A DNA stretch of 64,000 nucleotides, from IMG/VR virus record IMGVR_UViG_3300042507_004023. One strand, written 5' to 3'. Below, one piece after another: positions 19,072 to 29,424 of this stretch; position 1 is the first letter of the stretch, and the number at the start of each line of letters is the position of its first letter. The DNA comes from a virus. The translations under genes were made by a program, and so were the position numbers. A model generated the notes under the pieces. The model did no database searches and was not told the origin of the DNA. It saw only the letters and a program-made list of their open reading frames with translations.

Positions 19072-19852
19072 TTACGCTCTACGGGCTTTAGGTTCGCCTG
19101 TAGTGGAAATAAATGTTGATGACGATCAGGTTCAAGATCGCGTCGATGATGCTATTCGTTTTTTCTCGGAATACCACTTTGACGGTGTTGAGCAGGTATA
19201 TTTAAAATATCAGATTCAACCCCAAGACATTGCAAACAAATACATCACAATTAAAGCGGACAATCCAGGATTTCAATCCTCGGATACAACCTTTAATAAC
19301 GAGGAAGATCCAACAGCAGCAGACATTCTGCTTGAAGACTTGATGACCAGCGTAACTAAAATATTTCACATCACAGCACAGTCTGTAGGAATGTTTGATG
19401 TTCGTTACCAATACGCACTAAACGATCTTTACACCTTTGGAACCATTGATCTAGTGCAATATGATCTCACCCAACAGTATTTGTCTCTTTTGCGCCAATA
19501 CCTATCACCAGAAAAAATGGTGAACTTTAGCAGAGTCACAAATAAACTATACATCAATATGGATTGGAAGTTTGTTCAGCCTGGACAATACTTTATCATT
19601 GATGCATATCGAATTCTTGATCCTAGAATTTATACCGAAGTATACGAGGATCGTATGTTGAAAAAATATGTTACCGCTCTAATCAAAAAGCAGTGGGGCA
19701 TAAATTTAAGCAAATACAGTGGCATCAAGTTACCAGGTGACATTACTTTTAATGGCGATAAAATTTTATCTGAAGCAAAAACAGAAGTGGATGAGATAGA
19801 AAAAGAAATCATTGCCAAGTATGAGTTGCCAACCGATTTTATGATGGGATAA
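19031..19852 (+). CDS. gp13: Neck protein gp13
   Basis: RQKLIDYALRALGSPVVEINVDDDQVQDRVDDAIRFFSEYHFDG; KKYVTALIKKQWGINLSKYSGIKLPG. Confidence 0.95.
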   Translation: MPMPSVRTRQKLIDYALRALGSPVVEINVDDDQVQDRVDDAIRFFSEYHFDGVEQVYLKYQIQPQDIANKYITIKADNPGFQSSDTTFNNEEDPTAADILLEDLMTSVTKIFHITAQSVGMFDVRYQYALNDLYTFGTIDLVQYDLTQQYLSLLRQYLSPEKMVNFSRVTNKLYINMDWKFVQPGQYFIIDAYRILDPRIYTEVYEDRMLKKYVTALIKKQWGINLSKYSGIKLPGDITFNGDKILSEAKTEVDEIEKEIIAKYELPTDFMMG

Positions 19853-19855
19853 CCC

Positions 19856-20737
19856 GTGGCACTCAATCCGTATTTCAATAAGTTTAAGAATCAGCCTGAA
19901 CAGAATTTAATTGAAGCCTTAACTATCGAGGCAATTAAAATTCACGGAATGGAGATGTATTATCTTCCCCGTTCTATGGTGCATCGTGATGACTTTTTTG
20001 GTGAAGCACCGTATTCACGATTTTCTACTTTTAAGATGATTGAAATGTATATGGATACAACCACCGCATTTGAAGGTGGTGACACTTTCACTAAGTTTGG
20101 CTTCGAAATTAGGGACAATGTGAAATTTACAGTTTCAAGAAAACGATTCAAGCGAGAAACTGGAATGGATAGACCAATGGAAGGAGATTTACTGTTTCTT
20201 CCATTAAACAACGGCTTGTTTGAAATTAAGTTTGTGGAGCACGAAAATCCTTTCTACAGTTTAGGCAAATTACTTTCTTTCCAACTAACATGTGAACTGT
20301 TCCAATACAGCGAGGAAAAGATGGAAACCGGAGTCCCAGAAATAGATGTTGTGGAGGACATAAACGGTTACAGTATTACCCTCTCTCTAGGAGCAACCAG
20401 TGGAACAGGAACTTTTGGAAAAGGCGATCTCGTATACCAGTATTCGAGTGGATCAATCACGGGAGGCGTTTCGGGCGCAGATGCTAAAGCGACCGTTCTT
20501 TCCTATGACCCGAGCAGTCCAAACACTATTATTCTCACTGATGTATATGGTAAGTGGCTCGCGTCCTCGGGCGGAACGACTCGATATGTAACTACGAGTA
20601 GCAACTCTCTTTATCGAACTGTATCTGGCATCAACGATTCGTTTGGGGAATTTGTTGATGATACAAACACCAAGATACAAGAAGAAGCAAATCAGTATTT
20701 AAACTTTACTGAAAAACATCCGTTTGGAGATCCGTGA
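19856..20737 (+). CDS. gp14: Neck protein gp14
   Basis: MALNPYF, EQNLIEAL..EAIKIHG.EMYYLPR, RPMEGDLLFLP, FEIKFVEHENPFY.LGK, NFTEKHPFGD. Confidence 0.95.
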   Translation: MALNPYFNKFKNQPEQNLIEALTIEAIKIHGMEMYYLPRSMVHRDDFFGEAPYSRFSTFKMIEMYMDTTTAFEGGDTFTKFGFEIRDNVKFTVSRKRFKRETGMDRPMEGDLLFLPLNNGLFEIKFVEHENPFYSLGKLLSFQLTCELFQYSEEKMETGVPEIDVVEDINGYSITLSLGATSGTGTFGKGDLVYQYSSGSITGGVSGADAKATVLSYDPSSPNTIILTDVYGKWLASSGGTTRYVTTSSNSLYRTVSGINDSFGEFVDDTNTKIQEEANQYLNFTEKHPFGDP

Positions 20738-20740
20738 TAA

Positions 20741-21574
20741 ATGCTAGAACACTTTTACCATCAAACGATTCGTAAAGTTGTAGTAGCATTCGGTGCGTTA
20801 TTTAACGATATCTACATCTCTAGACTTGACGATAATAACGCTGAAGTGGAACGAATTAAAGTTCCTATTGGTTACGGCCCACAGCAAAAGTTTATTCGTC
20901 GTCTTGCTAGAATTGGGACAGATTTTGATGCAAATAAGGTTCGCATTGAAAACTATTTGCCTCGTTTATCCTTTGAAATTGCAAACATCTCTTACGATCC
21001 TAATCGTAAATTAAATCCATTAAATCGAACTGTTTTGTATAAAAATGCTTCAACTGTAAAAAGCAGATACGAAAAGGTTCCGTATAACATGGATATAAAT
21101 CTTGGAATTATGACCAAGAATACTGAAGATGCTCTACAGATCATGGAACAGATTCTGCCGTATTTCCAACCAGAATACACGGTTTCTATTCGCATGAATG
21201 ATATAGATCAAAATGTAAACATTCCAATTGTGTTTAAGAGTTGCAACATAGGCGAAGGCGATGATGGTTCTTATGGTGGATACGATCTTCGTAAACTGAC
21301 TTACGCATCCATGATCTTTACGGCTAAACTATACTTGTATGGCCCAATCAGCGATGTGGGAGTCATCACAGATACCGGTGGCGTAAGTCTTGGTGCAGGG
21401 CCATCATCAGTTTCAGGATCTTTGAGTGGAATAAACATTATGATTGGCATACCAAATGGCCCAACTGCTGCAAACATTCGAGTGTATCCAAACACAGGAG
21501 TTACTGCGGGTTCGTATGTTCCTGAAGGCCCAACAGCACAACACCAAATTACAGAATTCCCCGGCAACGGGTGA
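20741..21574 (+). CDS. gp15: Tail sheath stabilizer / terminator gp15
   Basis: HFYHQTIRKVVVAFGALFNDI, KVPIGYGPQQKF, LPRLSFEI, VPYNM..L, QIMEQILPYFQP. Confidence 0.95.
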   Translation: MLEHFYHQTIRKVVVAFGALFNDIYISRLDDNNAEVERIKVPIGYGPQQKFIRRLARIGTDFDANKVRIENYLPRLSFEIANISYDPNRKLNPLNRTVLYKNASTVKSRYEKVPYNMDINLGIMTKNTEDALQIMEQILPYFQPEYTVSIRMNDIDQNVNIPIVFKSCNIGEGDDGSYGGYDLRKLTYASMIFTAKLYLYGPISDVGVITDTGGVSLGAGPSSVSGSLSGINIMIGIPNGPTAANIRVYPNTGVTAGSYVPEGPTAQHQITEFPGNG

Positions 21575-21589
21575 TTGATAGGAGTTTAT

Positions 21590-22087
21590 ATGAATGGTGA
21601 ATCTAAAGTTGATATGAATTTGGATAATGCAATTTTTGGGCAACCTTTGCCTGAACATCAAATAACAAAGACTACCTCTTCTCTTCCTGTCAAAATAGAC
21701 TCTTCCGTAACAGGAAATACTGACACAGATCGAGACTACCGAGAAGTCCGAGATAATCTTAAGCGTGTTATTGTTCAGTCTGAAGATGCAATTCAAGGTG
21801 TTCTTCAGGTGGCTCAGGAAACTCAAAGTGCCAGAGCCTATGAAGTTGCTGCACAATTAATACAAGCCACACTAGAGGCTAATAATAAACTAATGCACCT
21901 TCATAAGCAGTTAAAGGATATCAAACGCGAAGATCCATTGAAAGCAGGTGGTAATGTAACCACCACAAATAACAATATTTTTGTGGGTAATACCTCTGAA
22001 CTTTCTAAGTTCTTGCGGGCTCGTAAAGATTTAGAAACCGCAACCAAAGAACTTCCGTCTGGTGGAGATATCATAGATGCCCGCTAA
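21590..22087 (+). CDS. gp16: Terminase small subunit gp16
   Basis: DRDYREVRDNL, ARAYEVAAQLI, NVTTTNNNIFVGNTSELSKFL; GGAG SD. Confidence 0.92.
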   Translation: MNGESKVDMNLDNAIFGQPLPEHQITKTTSSLPVKIDSSVTGNTDTDRDYREVRDNLKRVIVQSEDAIQGVLQVAQETQSARAYEVAAQLIQATLEANNKLMHLHKQLKDIKREDPLKAGGNVTTTNNNIFVGNTSELSKFLRARKDLETATKELPSGGDIIDAR

Positions 22088-23753
22088 ACAAGGAATTGCT
22101 TATCTTGGCAACGCTCTGCTCAAAGGGCCTGGAGTCAAGATTGAATACTCCAAAGAACAAATGGAGGAGTATGTAAAATGCTCGGAAGATTTACAATACT
22201 TTCTAACCAACTATTTCTACATTCGTTCTCTTGATAAAGGCCCAATTCTTTTTGATCTTTACGACTATCAAAAAAGGTTTCTAAAAGAAGTTAGAAACAA
22301 TCGTTTTACAATCTGCAAGTTTCCTCGTCAGACAGGCAAAACCTCATGCGTCACTGGCGATATTCTACACATGACGCAATTTACTCCCGACTACAAAGTA
22401 GCCGTTCTAGCCAACAAGCAGAAGACCGCAACAGAAATTCTTGATCGTATCAAATTGGCGTATGAACGACTTCCTATGTGGCTGAAGCAGGGTGTGGTGG
22501 AATGGAACAAAACCTCGATTAAATTTGAAAACGGCTCCAAAATTATTGCTTCGTCAACATCTGCAACAGCCGTTCGTGGTGACTCTTTTAACTACATCAT
22601 GTTGGACGAGTTCGCATTCGTTCCCAACAATATTGCCGACGAGTTCTTTGCCTCCGTATATCCAACAATTTCATCAGGTAAAACTTCTAAAGTTGTAATC
22701 GTGTCAACCCCAAAGGGCATGAACATGTATTACAAAATTTGGAAAGATGCTTTAGCCGGAAGGAATCCATACAAAGCGATTGAGGTTAAATGGTGGGAAG
22801 TGCCTGGTCGTGATGAAGCATGGAAAGAAACCACAAAGAAGGCGTTAGGTTCAGATCGTTTATGGCTAGCAGAGTATGAGTGTGAATTCTTGGGTTCAGA
22901 AGATACTCTGATACGACCAACCAAACTTTCAACTCTAGTTTATGATGATGTTAAACTAGCAACTAGTGATGGACTTAACATCTACAAAGAACCAGAAAAA
23001 GATCACATATACGCCATGACAGTAGACACCTCTAGGGCTCTAGGACTAGACTATCATGCGTTCGTGGTTATAGATGTAACCAAAATGCCGTATCAAATTG
23101 TGGCAAGATTCAGAAACAACATCATGCCCGTAATGCTTGTTCCAAACATGGTTGCTTCTGTGGGGGCTAGGTATAACGATGCCTACATTTTGGTGGAAAT
23201 GAATGACACAGGACAGCAGGTGTCCGACATTTTGCACGAAGAGATGGAATATGAGAATTTAGTTACCACCACGATTAAAGGTAAAAAGGGTCAGCGAGCA
23301 ACAGGGTTCGGAGTTGGGCGAGTTCAATATGGTGTAAAGATGTCGAATCAAATTAAAAAAACCGGCTGTCTTGTTCTGAAAGAACTAGTGGAAAACGATA
23401 AGATAATTTTAACCGATTTTGATGTGATATCCGAGTTGTCCACCTTTGTGAGCGAGAAAGCCTCCTACGCGGCTTCTGAGGGCTATAACGACGATCTGGT
23501 GTCCTGCTTGGTGATGTTTGGTTGGCTAACCACCCAATCATATTTCCGAGACTTGGTTAATACGAACATCCGAAGAAAACTCATGGAAGAAAAAATTAAG
23601 AAAATGGAAGAAGATCTGCTTCCGTTTGGTTTTTTAAGTTCTGAAATGGACAACTCCGATCAGGACGCAATAGATTTGGGCAGAGAGTCTAAACCTAAAA
23701 ATACTCCACAATATGGCGATTTTAATGATAGTGGCACATACGGGGGTTGGTAA
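22077..23753 (+). CDS. gp17: Terminase large subunit gp17
   Basis: KFPRQTGKTS Walker A, LDEFAFVP Walker B, STPKGMN, VDTSRALG, GYNDDLVSCL; no intein-length insertion. Confidence 0.98.
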   Translation: MPAKQGIAYLGNALLKGPGVKIEYSKEQMEEYVKCSEDLQYFLTNYFYIRSLDKGPILFDLYDYQKRFLKEVRNNRFTICKFPRQTGKTSCVTGDILHMTQFTPDYKVAVLANKQKTATEILDRIKLAYERLPMWLKQGVVEWNKTSIKFENGSKIIASSTSATAVRGDSFNYIMLDEFAFVPNNIADEFFASVYPTISSGKTSKVVIVSTPKGMNMYYKIWKDALAGRNPYKAIEVKWWEVPGRDEAWKETTKKALGSDRLWLAEYECEFLGSEDTLIRPTKLSTLVYDDVKLATSDGLNIYKEPEKDHIYAMTVDTSRALGLDYHAFVVIDVTKMPYQIVARFRNNIMPVMLVPNMVASVGARYNDAYILVEMNDTGQQVSDILHEEMEYENLVTTTIKGKKGQRATGFGVGRVQYGVKMSNQIKKTGCLVLKELVENDKIILTDFDVISELSTFVSEKASYAASEGYNDDLVSCLVMFGWLTTQSYFRDLVNTNIRRKLMEEKIKKMEEDLLPFGFLSSEMDNSDQDAIDLGRESKPKNTPQYGDFNDSGTYGGW

Positions 23754-23837
23754 TTTACAGATTATCCCTAAGTAACCGATTTGCTAAATACACATCGAAA
23801 CCCAAAAGTTCTTCATCCTTAACAAGGAGACCGATAG

Positions 23838-25580
23838 ATGGCATTCCAATTAAGTCCTGGCGTAAATGTAACTGAAAAAGATCTAACCACAATCGTTCCT
23901 GCTGTAGCAACAACCTCGGCAGGTATGGCTGGCTTGTTTGAGTGGGGCCCTGTAGGGCTTCCCGTTCTTGTCAGCACCGTTCAAGAACTAGGTGCTCTTT
24001 ACGGCTTACCTAGAGAATCAAACTATGAGTGGTGGTTTACTGCTTATAACTATCTCGGATACGGTAATAATCTTAAAGTTGTTCGCTGTGTTGACGAAGG
24101 CGCAACAGGTGCTAAGAACGCAACCCCAAGTGGTCTAACCGCAGCACTAGTAAAAGTTCCTTCAGATGCAGAAAGCATTGTTCCAGGCACAAACGGTTCA
24201 TTCATGGCTCGTTATGCTGGTGAACTAGGAAACTCGCTATGGGTTGATCTTTGCGGTGGAGCAACCAGTGGTGGCGCAGGTGCAACATTCGGTTCTTGGA
24301 CATTCAAGAGCCTGTTCGGTGTTACGCCAACCCAAACCTCTTACGCAGATCGTCTAGGTCTAAGCGGATCAAACGATGCATTCCACCTTGTTGTGGTGGA
24401 TAAAGACGGTAAGTTTAGCGGAGCCCCTGGAACTGTTCTAGAGCGTTACGAAAATGTTTCAATCATTCCTGGTGCAGTAAACTCGGATGGAACTTCTTTG
24501 TTCTACAAGAGCAAGATTAATGCCGAATCGCGTTACATTGTAACCACAGGTAGTTTGGCTGCATTTGACGGAACCACATTTGCCACAGGATTCACCGCAG
24601 GTGGAACAAGCGTAGTTGCCTTCACCAAGTCTGGTGATAACTACACCTCGGGCGGTGCATATTACGCCAAGATGAACGGCGGAACCGGTCAATTCTCGGG
24701 CGCAAGTGATATTGTAGGAAAGATTGACAACGGATTCGAGGCTTTCTCTGATCCTGACAAGGTTGATGTTGCTCTGCTTCTTGGTGGCCCACTAAGCGGC
24801 AATCAAGCACAGCAATTGTGCGATATCGCCAAGGCTCGTAAGGATTGCGTAGCCTTTGTTTCTACTCCAAATAAGAATTCCGCAGACAGTTCTTCAACCA
24901 AGTTGGCAAACTGCTCAACTCTAAGAACTGCTGTTGGTAACAACAACTACGCATTCATCGACAGCGGTTACAAATACATGTATGATCCGTTCAACGATGT
25001 GTATCGCTATGTTCCGCTGAACGGTGATACCGCAGGGTTGTGCGTCAGAACCGACATCACAAACGATCCTTGGTGGTCGCCAGCAGGCTTCAACCGTGGT
25101 CAAGTTCGTAATGTTGTAAAGTTGGCATTCAATCCAAGCAAGGCTGAACGCGACACAATTTATTCAAACGGAGTTAACCCTGTTGTTACCTTCTCGGGCG
25201 AAGGAACTGTGTTGTTCGGTGACAAGACTGCACAAACAAGACCATCGGCTTTCGACCGTATCAATGTTCGTCGTCTGTTCATCGTGCTTGAGAAGGCGAT
25301 TGCAACCGCTGCCAAGTATAGCCTGTTCGAATTCAATGATGCATTCACCCGAGCCCAATTCAAGTCGCTAGTAGAACCATTCCTACGCGATGTTCAGGCT
25401 CGTCGTGGCATCACCGATTTCAAGGTTGTATGCGATGAGAAGAATAACACACCACAAGTTATCGACAGCAACAACTTTGTTGCCGACATCTATGTGAAGC
25501 CAAATCGTAGCATCAACTTCATTCAGTTGAACTTTGTTGCTACCAAGACAGGCGTTTCGTTCGAAGAAGTAGGAGCCTAA
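23838..25580 (+). CDS. gp18: Tail sheath protein gp18
   Basis: MAFQLSPGVNVTEKDLT, PWWSPAGFNRG, FDRINVRRLFI, IYVKPNRSINFIQLNFVAT. Confidence 0.98.
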   Translation: MAFQLSPGVNVTEKDLTTIVPAVATTSAGMAGLFEWGPVGLPVLVSTVQELGALYGLPRESNYEWWFTAYNYLGYGNNLKVVRCVDEGATGAKNATPSGLTAALVKVPSDAESIVPGTNGSFMARYAGELGNSLWVDLCGGATSGGAGATFGSWTFKSLFGVTPTQTSYADRLGLSGSNDAFHLVVVDKDGKFSGAPGTVLERYENVSIIPGAVNSDGTSLFYKSKINAESRYIVTTGSLAAFDGTTFATGFTAGGTSVVAFTKSGDNYTSGGAYYAKMNGGTGQFSGASDIVGKIDNGFEAFSDPDKVDVALLLGGPLSGNQAQQLCDIAKARKDCVAFVSTPNKNSADSSSTKLANCSTLRTAVGNNNYAFIDSGYKYMYDPFNDVYRYVPLNGDTAGLCVRTDITNDPWWSPAGFNRGQVRNVVKLAFNPSKAERDTIYSNGVNPVVTFSGEGTVLFGDKTAQTRPSAFDRINVRRLFIVLEKAIATAAKYSLFEFNDAFTRAQFKSLVEPFLRDVQARRGITDFKVVCDEKNNTPQVIDSNNFVADIYVKPNRSINFIQLNFVATKTGVSFEEVGA

Positions 25581-25617
25581 ATAAATTAGGCTAACCGTAA
25601 AGATACAGGAGATCTAA

Positions 25618-26250
25618 ATGGCATACAGTCAGTTTAGCATAGATGCGTTCAGAGCAAATCTGATAAATGGTGGTGCAAGAGACAACCTCTACCTAGTCTC
25701 AGGTGTATTTCCCGGAAATGCCACAGGCGTTATTAACGCTGCTGCTGGCGTAGCCGGTGCTCTCTTTGGTGGAGCCGTGGCAGGAGCAATCACAAATGTG
25801 GCTGCTGCTGTAGGACTAAGCAATCCTGGTGCTCAAGTTTCCTTCCTTTGCCGTTCAGCAGGCATTCCTGCTGCAACCTTGGGTCAAGTGGAAGTAAACT
25901 ACATGGGAAGAAAATTAAAGTATGGCGGCGACCGCGAATTTGCCGACTGGTCAATCAAGTGCTACAACGATGGTAACTATACTCTTCGTAAGGCGTTTGA
26001 ATCGTGGTCGAACCTTATTAACTCGTATCAAGGTAATGTTGGCCCAAATAACATGGCTTCATACCTTTGCGACTGGTATATTCAGCCTCTCACTCGTGAA
26101 GGCAATCCTATCTGCACATACAAGATGGTGGGTGTATGGCCGAAGGATATTCAAGGCTACGAAATGAACTTCGATTCCAAGACCAACATCTCGGAATTCG
26201 GCGTAGTCATGTCATACCAGTATCACGAGTTGCAAGGCGTAACTACCTGA
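25618..26250 (+). CDS. gp19: Tail tube protein gp19
   Basis: GGARDNLY, FLCRSAGIPA.TLG.VEV.YMGRK.KYGGDREFADW, GVWP.DI. Confidence 0.93.
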   Translation: MAYSQFSIDAFRANLINGGARDNLYLVSGVFPGNATGVINAAAGVAGALFGGAVAGAITNVAAAVGLSNPGAQVSFLCRSAGIPAATLGQVEVNYMGRKLKYGGDREFADWSIKCYNDGNYTLRKAFESWSNLINSYQGNVGPNNMASYLCDWYIQPLTREGNPICTYKMVGVWPKDIQGYEMNFDSKTNISEFGVVMSYQYHELQGVTT

Positions 26251-26275
26251 TACAATTTAAAGGAGTATTTACATA

Positions 26276-27781
26276 ATGGAACTCTTCGGCTTAAAAATTG
26301 AGCGGTCGAAGAAGCAGCAAAGCGACTTCAAGGCACTAAAGTCTTTCGTAGTTCCAACTACGGACGACGGTGCTATTCCAGTCGAAGCAGGCGGCTTCTA
26401 CGGTCAATACATTGATCTTGACGGATCGGTTCGTAACGATTACGAACTGGTTGCGAAGTATCGTGAAATGTCAATGGATCCGATCTGCGAAACCGCAGTA
26501 GATGATGTGGTCAACGAATCTATTGTTTGTGAAGGAAAGCGATCTCCTGTTAAAATCTTTTTTACAAGTGATCTAAAACTTGGCGAACCAATCAAAGACA
26601 AGATTCAAGAGGAGTTTAAAAACATCCTCAGAATCATGCAGTTTGAAACCAAGGGTTATGAAATATTTCGTCGTTGGTATGTGGACGGTAAAATCTACTT
26701 TCATATCATCAATGATGAGAAGAAGCCAGAAAAGGGCATTCTCGAACTTCGGTTTGTTGATCCACTAAACATTCAAAAGATCAGAGAGTTTGAAAAAGAA
26801 ACTCGCAAAGACGGCACGAAAATTATCACGGGTTATCGTGACTTTTACATCTACAACAAGGACAACCCTCGTGCTGGCGGCAACGCTTCTGGCATCAAGA
26901 TTAACGATGATGCCATTGCATTCTGTTCTTCGGGTCTATTCGACAGCCGATACCGCAGAACTGTTGGTTTCATGCACAAGGCTATCAAGCCGCTAAACCA
27001 ACTCAGAATGATGGAAGATGCTGTAGTCATCTATCGTATTTCTCGTGCTCCTGAACGCCGCATCTTTTACATAGATGTTGGTTCGCTGCCCAAGACCAAG
27101 GCAGAGCAGTATGTGAAAGACATCATGGGTAAGTATCGTAACAAACTAGTTTACGATGCCAATACTGGCGAAATTCGTGATGATCGTAAGTTTATGAGCA
27201 TGTTGGAAGACTACTGGCTACCTCGTCGTGAAGGCAGCAAGGGAACTGAAATCAGCACTCTGAGTGGTGCTCAGAACCTTGGAGAACTGACCGATGTGGT
27301 GTATTTCCAAAAGAAACTGTATAAGGCTCTAAATGTTCCTGTGTCTCGTTTGGAGCAGGACAAGGGATTCCAACTAGGCAGAGCCGCAGAAATTAGTCGA
27401 GATGAACTGAAATTTAATAAATTTGTGATTCGTCTACGCAACAAGTTCAGCGAAATATTCTATGATCTGCTACGCAAGCAACTCTTGATGAAAGGTATCA
27501 TCAAGCAGGACGATTGGGCAGGATTGAAAGAATGCGTATTCTTTGACTTCCTGAAGGATAGTCACTTTGTAGAACTTAAAAATCAAGAACTTCGTAAGGG
27601 AATGTATGAGGAACTGAGTCAAGTTGAAAAATACATAGGTAAGTATTATTCACACTATTGGATTAGAACTCAGGTGCTTGGTATGAGTGAAGCACAAATT
27701 AAAGAAATGGACAAACAAATCTCGACGGAACGCAACGCAGGTTTGTATGCTCCCGACAATTCAGTGTTCGGTTTACAGTAA
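26276..27781 (+). CDS. gp20: Portal protein gp20
   Basis: MELFG, FRRWYVDGKIYFH, KAIKPLNQLRMMEDAVVIYRISRAPERRIFYIDVG, EDYWLPRREG. Confidence 0.98.
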   Translation: MELFGLKIERSKKQQSDFKALKSFVVPTTDDGAIPVEAGGFYGQYIDLDGSVRNDYELVAKYREMSMDPICETAVDDVVNESIVCEGKRSPVKIFFTSDLKLGEPIKDKIQEEFKNILRIMQFETKGYEIFRRWYVDGKIYFHIINDEKKPEKGILELRFVDPLNIQKIREFEKETRKDGTKIITGYRDFYIYNKDNPRAGGNASGIKINDDAIAFCSSGLFDSRYRRTVGFMHKAIKPLNQLRMMEDAVVIYRISRAPERRIFYIDVGSLPKTKAEQYVKDIMGKYRNKLVYDANTGEIRDDRKFMSMLEDYWLPRREGSKGTEISTLSGAQNLGELTDVVYFQKKLYKALNVPVSRLEQDKGFQLGRAAEISRDELKFNKFVIRLRNKFSEIFYDLLRKQLLMKGIIKQDDWAGLKECVFFDFLKDSHFVELKNQELRKGMYEELSQVEKYIGKYYSHYWIRTQVLGMSEAQIKEMDKQISTERNAGLYAPDNSVFGLQ

Positions 27782-27793
27782 CGGAGAAATTAA

Positions 27794-28720
27794 ATGGAAA
27801 ATTTGCAAAAAGCAATCGAGGCTACACGAGAAAAAGACGCAATTGGTTTCAAGGATGCTATTGCCACAGAGTTGGCTAGTCGTTTATACGCATCAATCAA
27901 CACCAAGAAGGAATCAATTTCAAAGAGTGTAACTGATTCAAACGATTCCGCAGAAGTTGCCGAAGAGCAACCAGAAGAAACTGCTGTGACTGAAGCCAAT
28001 GTTATTGCTCCTTCTGCTCCTGCAACAGGAGCCAAAGCGGGTATTCCAGGATCCGAGCGAGGTAATGCCGGAGTTGGAGAGGTGCAAGACCCTTTAGCCG
28101 ACGAACTGAAGGCAGAAGTAGAAACCGCCTTCGGTCTAAAAGGAGAAACTGATAAGTTGACGGCTAAGGATGATGATATCTCACTAGATCCCAACTTTGA
28201 AAAAGAATTCTACATCAAAGAAATGGATTACAACGGACACAAAATCACATTGAAGCAAATCGGGTTGGGTTTGTCTAAGCCTGTTCGTGTTTATGTTGAC
28301 GACAAGCGTTGGGAATTCTTTCCAGGCCCCGAAGCCGCAATGAAGGCTTCAAAGTCTTATATTGATGGCATGAGCCAAAAAGAAGAATTTATTCCTGTAA
28401 ATGAGCGAGTAGAAATTGATGCAAGAACACGCTTGTTCAAAGATACCATGACTCGCATAGAAAACGCCAGAAGAATTCGTGAAACAAAAATTGTTAGAGC
28501 CGAATCTGACATGTTGACAAATCAACAAATAATGGATGCTGTTAACATGAAAAACGGCAAGTATGTAATGGATGAAAGTGAATTAAACGAAAAGCAAAAT
28601 GAATATCGTAAATTCTTTGCTGGTGCTTTAAAGAAGCACGGCATTTCTTCTCCAAGCGAATTGACTGGCGAGAAGAAAAAGCAATTCTTTAACTATATCA
28701 AGAAAAATTGGAAGGGATAA
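27794..28720 (+). CDS. Prohead core protein (gp67/gp68-like, modular)
   Basis: Between gp20 and gp21; acidic linkers with L/I/V-x-E sites; C-terminal YRKFFAGALKKHGISSPSEL module. Confidence 0.6.
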   Translation: MENLQKAIEATREKDAIGFKDAIATELASRLYASINTKKESISKSVTDSNDSAEVAEEQPEETAVTEANVIAPSAPATGAKAGIPGSERGNAGVGEVQDPLADELKAEVETAFGLKGETDKLTAKDDDISLDPNFEKEFYIKEMDYNGHKITLKQIGLGLSKPVRVYVDDKRWEFFPGPEAAMKASKSYIDGMSQKEEFIPVNERVEIDARTRLFKDTMTRIENARRIRETKIVRAESDMLTNQQIMDAVNMKNGKYVMDESELNEKQNEYRKFFAGALKKHGISSPSELTGEKKKQFFNYIKKNWKG

Positions 28721-28983
28721 TGACTGATAGATCAACACATCTGAATGAATTGGTTTCACGCAGAATAATTCAATGCGTGACAGAATGTGTTTCCACAGGA
28801 AAAGGAAAAACCCTTGAACTGATGGATGGTTCTATTGTTCGTTTAACTCCAATGCAAGCAAAAAAGTTTATTGAAATACACGATAAACTTAGCGAGTCTA
28901 GTCAGGCTTCTTTTAGATTGATGCTTGTAGAAACAAAAAAAACATTTGATGGCGTTAACGCCTTCTGTAAGGAGAAGAACTAA
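28720..28983 (+). CDS. Hypothetical head-region protein
   Basis: ORF coupled between prohead core and the next gene; start chosen at the overlapping ATG. Confidence 0.55.
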   Translation: MTDRSTHLNELVSRRIIQCVTECVSTGKGKTLELMDGSIVRLTPMQAKKFIEIHDKLSESSQASFRLMLVETKKTFDGVNAFCKEKN

Positions 28984-29399
28984 TGGCTGCTAGATTAGAC
29001 TATCTTGTAAAGAGCAAAAACCGTTGTGTGGTGGCGTATTCCTCGGATGGAGGAGGCGGAAATGTCAATTTTGATATTGGGCCTTCAGCCTTTTGTTCGA
29101 ACATTACGGAATTTACCGGAGAATTTGCCACCAAAGGATTGACCTTTACTTCTGCTTGCTTGTCTAGAGTTATAGGTTCTGCTGGTGGTAATGCAGGAAC
29201 TATTGAAATTGCGTTTGCTGGATCCGCTCCATATCAAGCATTTCAAGTTCCTTTTGCTAGTGTTGTTGATGCCAACTTCGAAAGATTCACTATACAAAAT
29301 TTATCAACAGGATCAACAGGAATGGCAACCATCACAAATCGTTTAGGTAGCGGTGCTACCGCTTCAATTATCATGGAATTTGTGACTCGTCATGTCTAA
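28983..29399 (+). CDS. Hypothetical beta-rich virion protein
   Basis: 138-aa ORF directly upstream of gp21. Confidence 0.6.
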   Translation: MAARLDYLVKSKNRCVVAYSSDGGGGNVNFDIGPSAFCSNITEFTGEFATKGLTFTSACLSRVIGSAGGNAGTIEIAFAGSAPYQAFQVPFASVVDANFERFTIQNLSTGSTGMATITNRLGSGATASIIMEFVTRHV

Positions 29400-29424
29400 T
29401 CAAATTTAAAGGGAGAAACCATAA

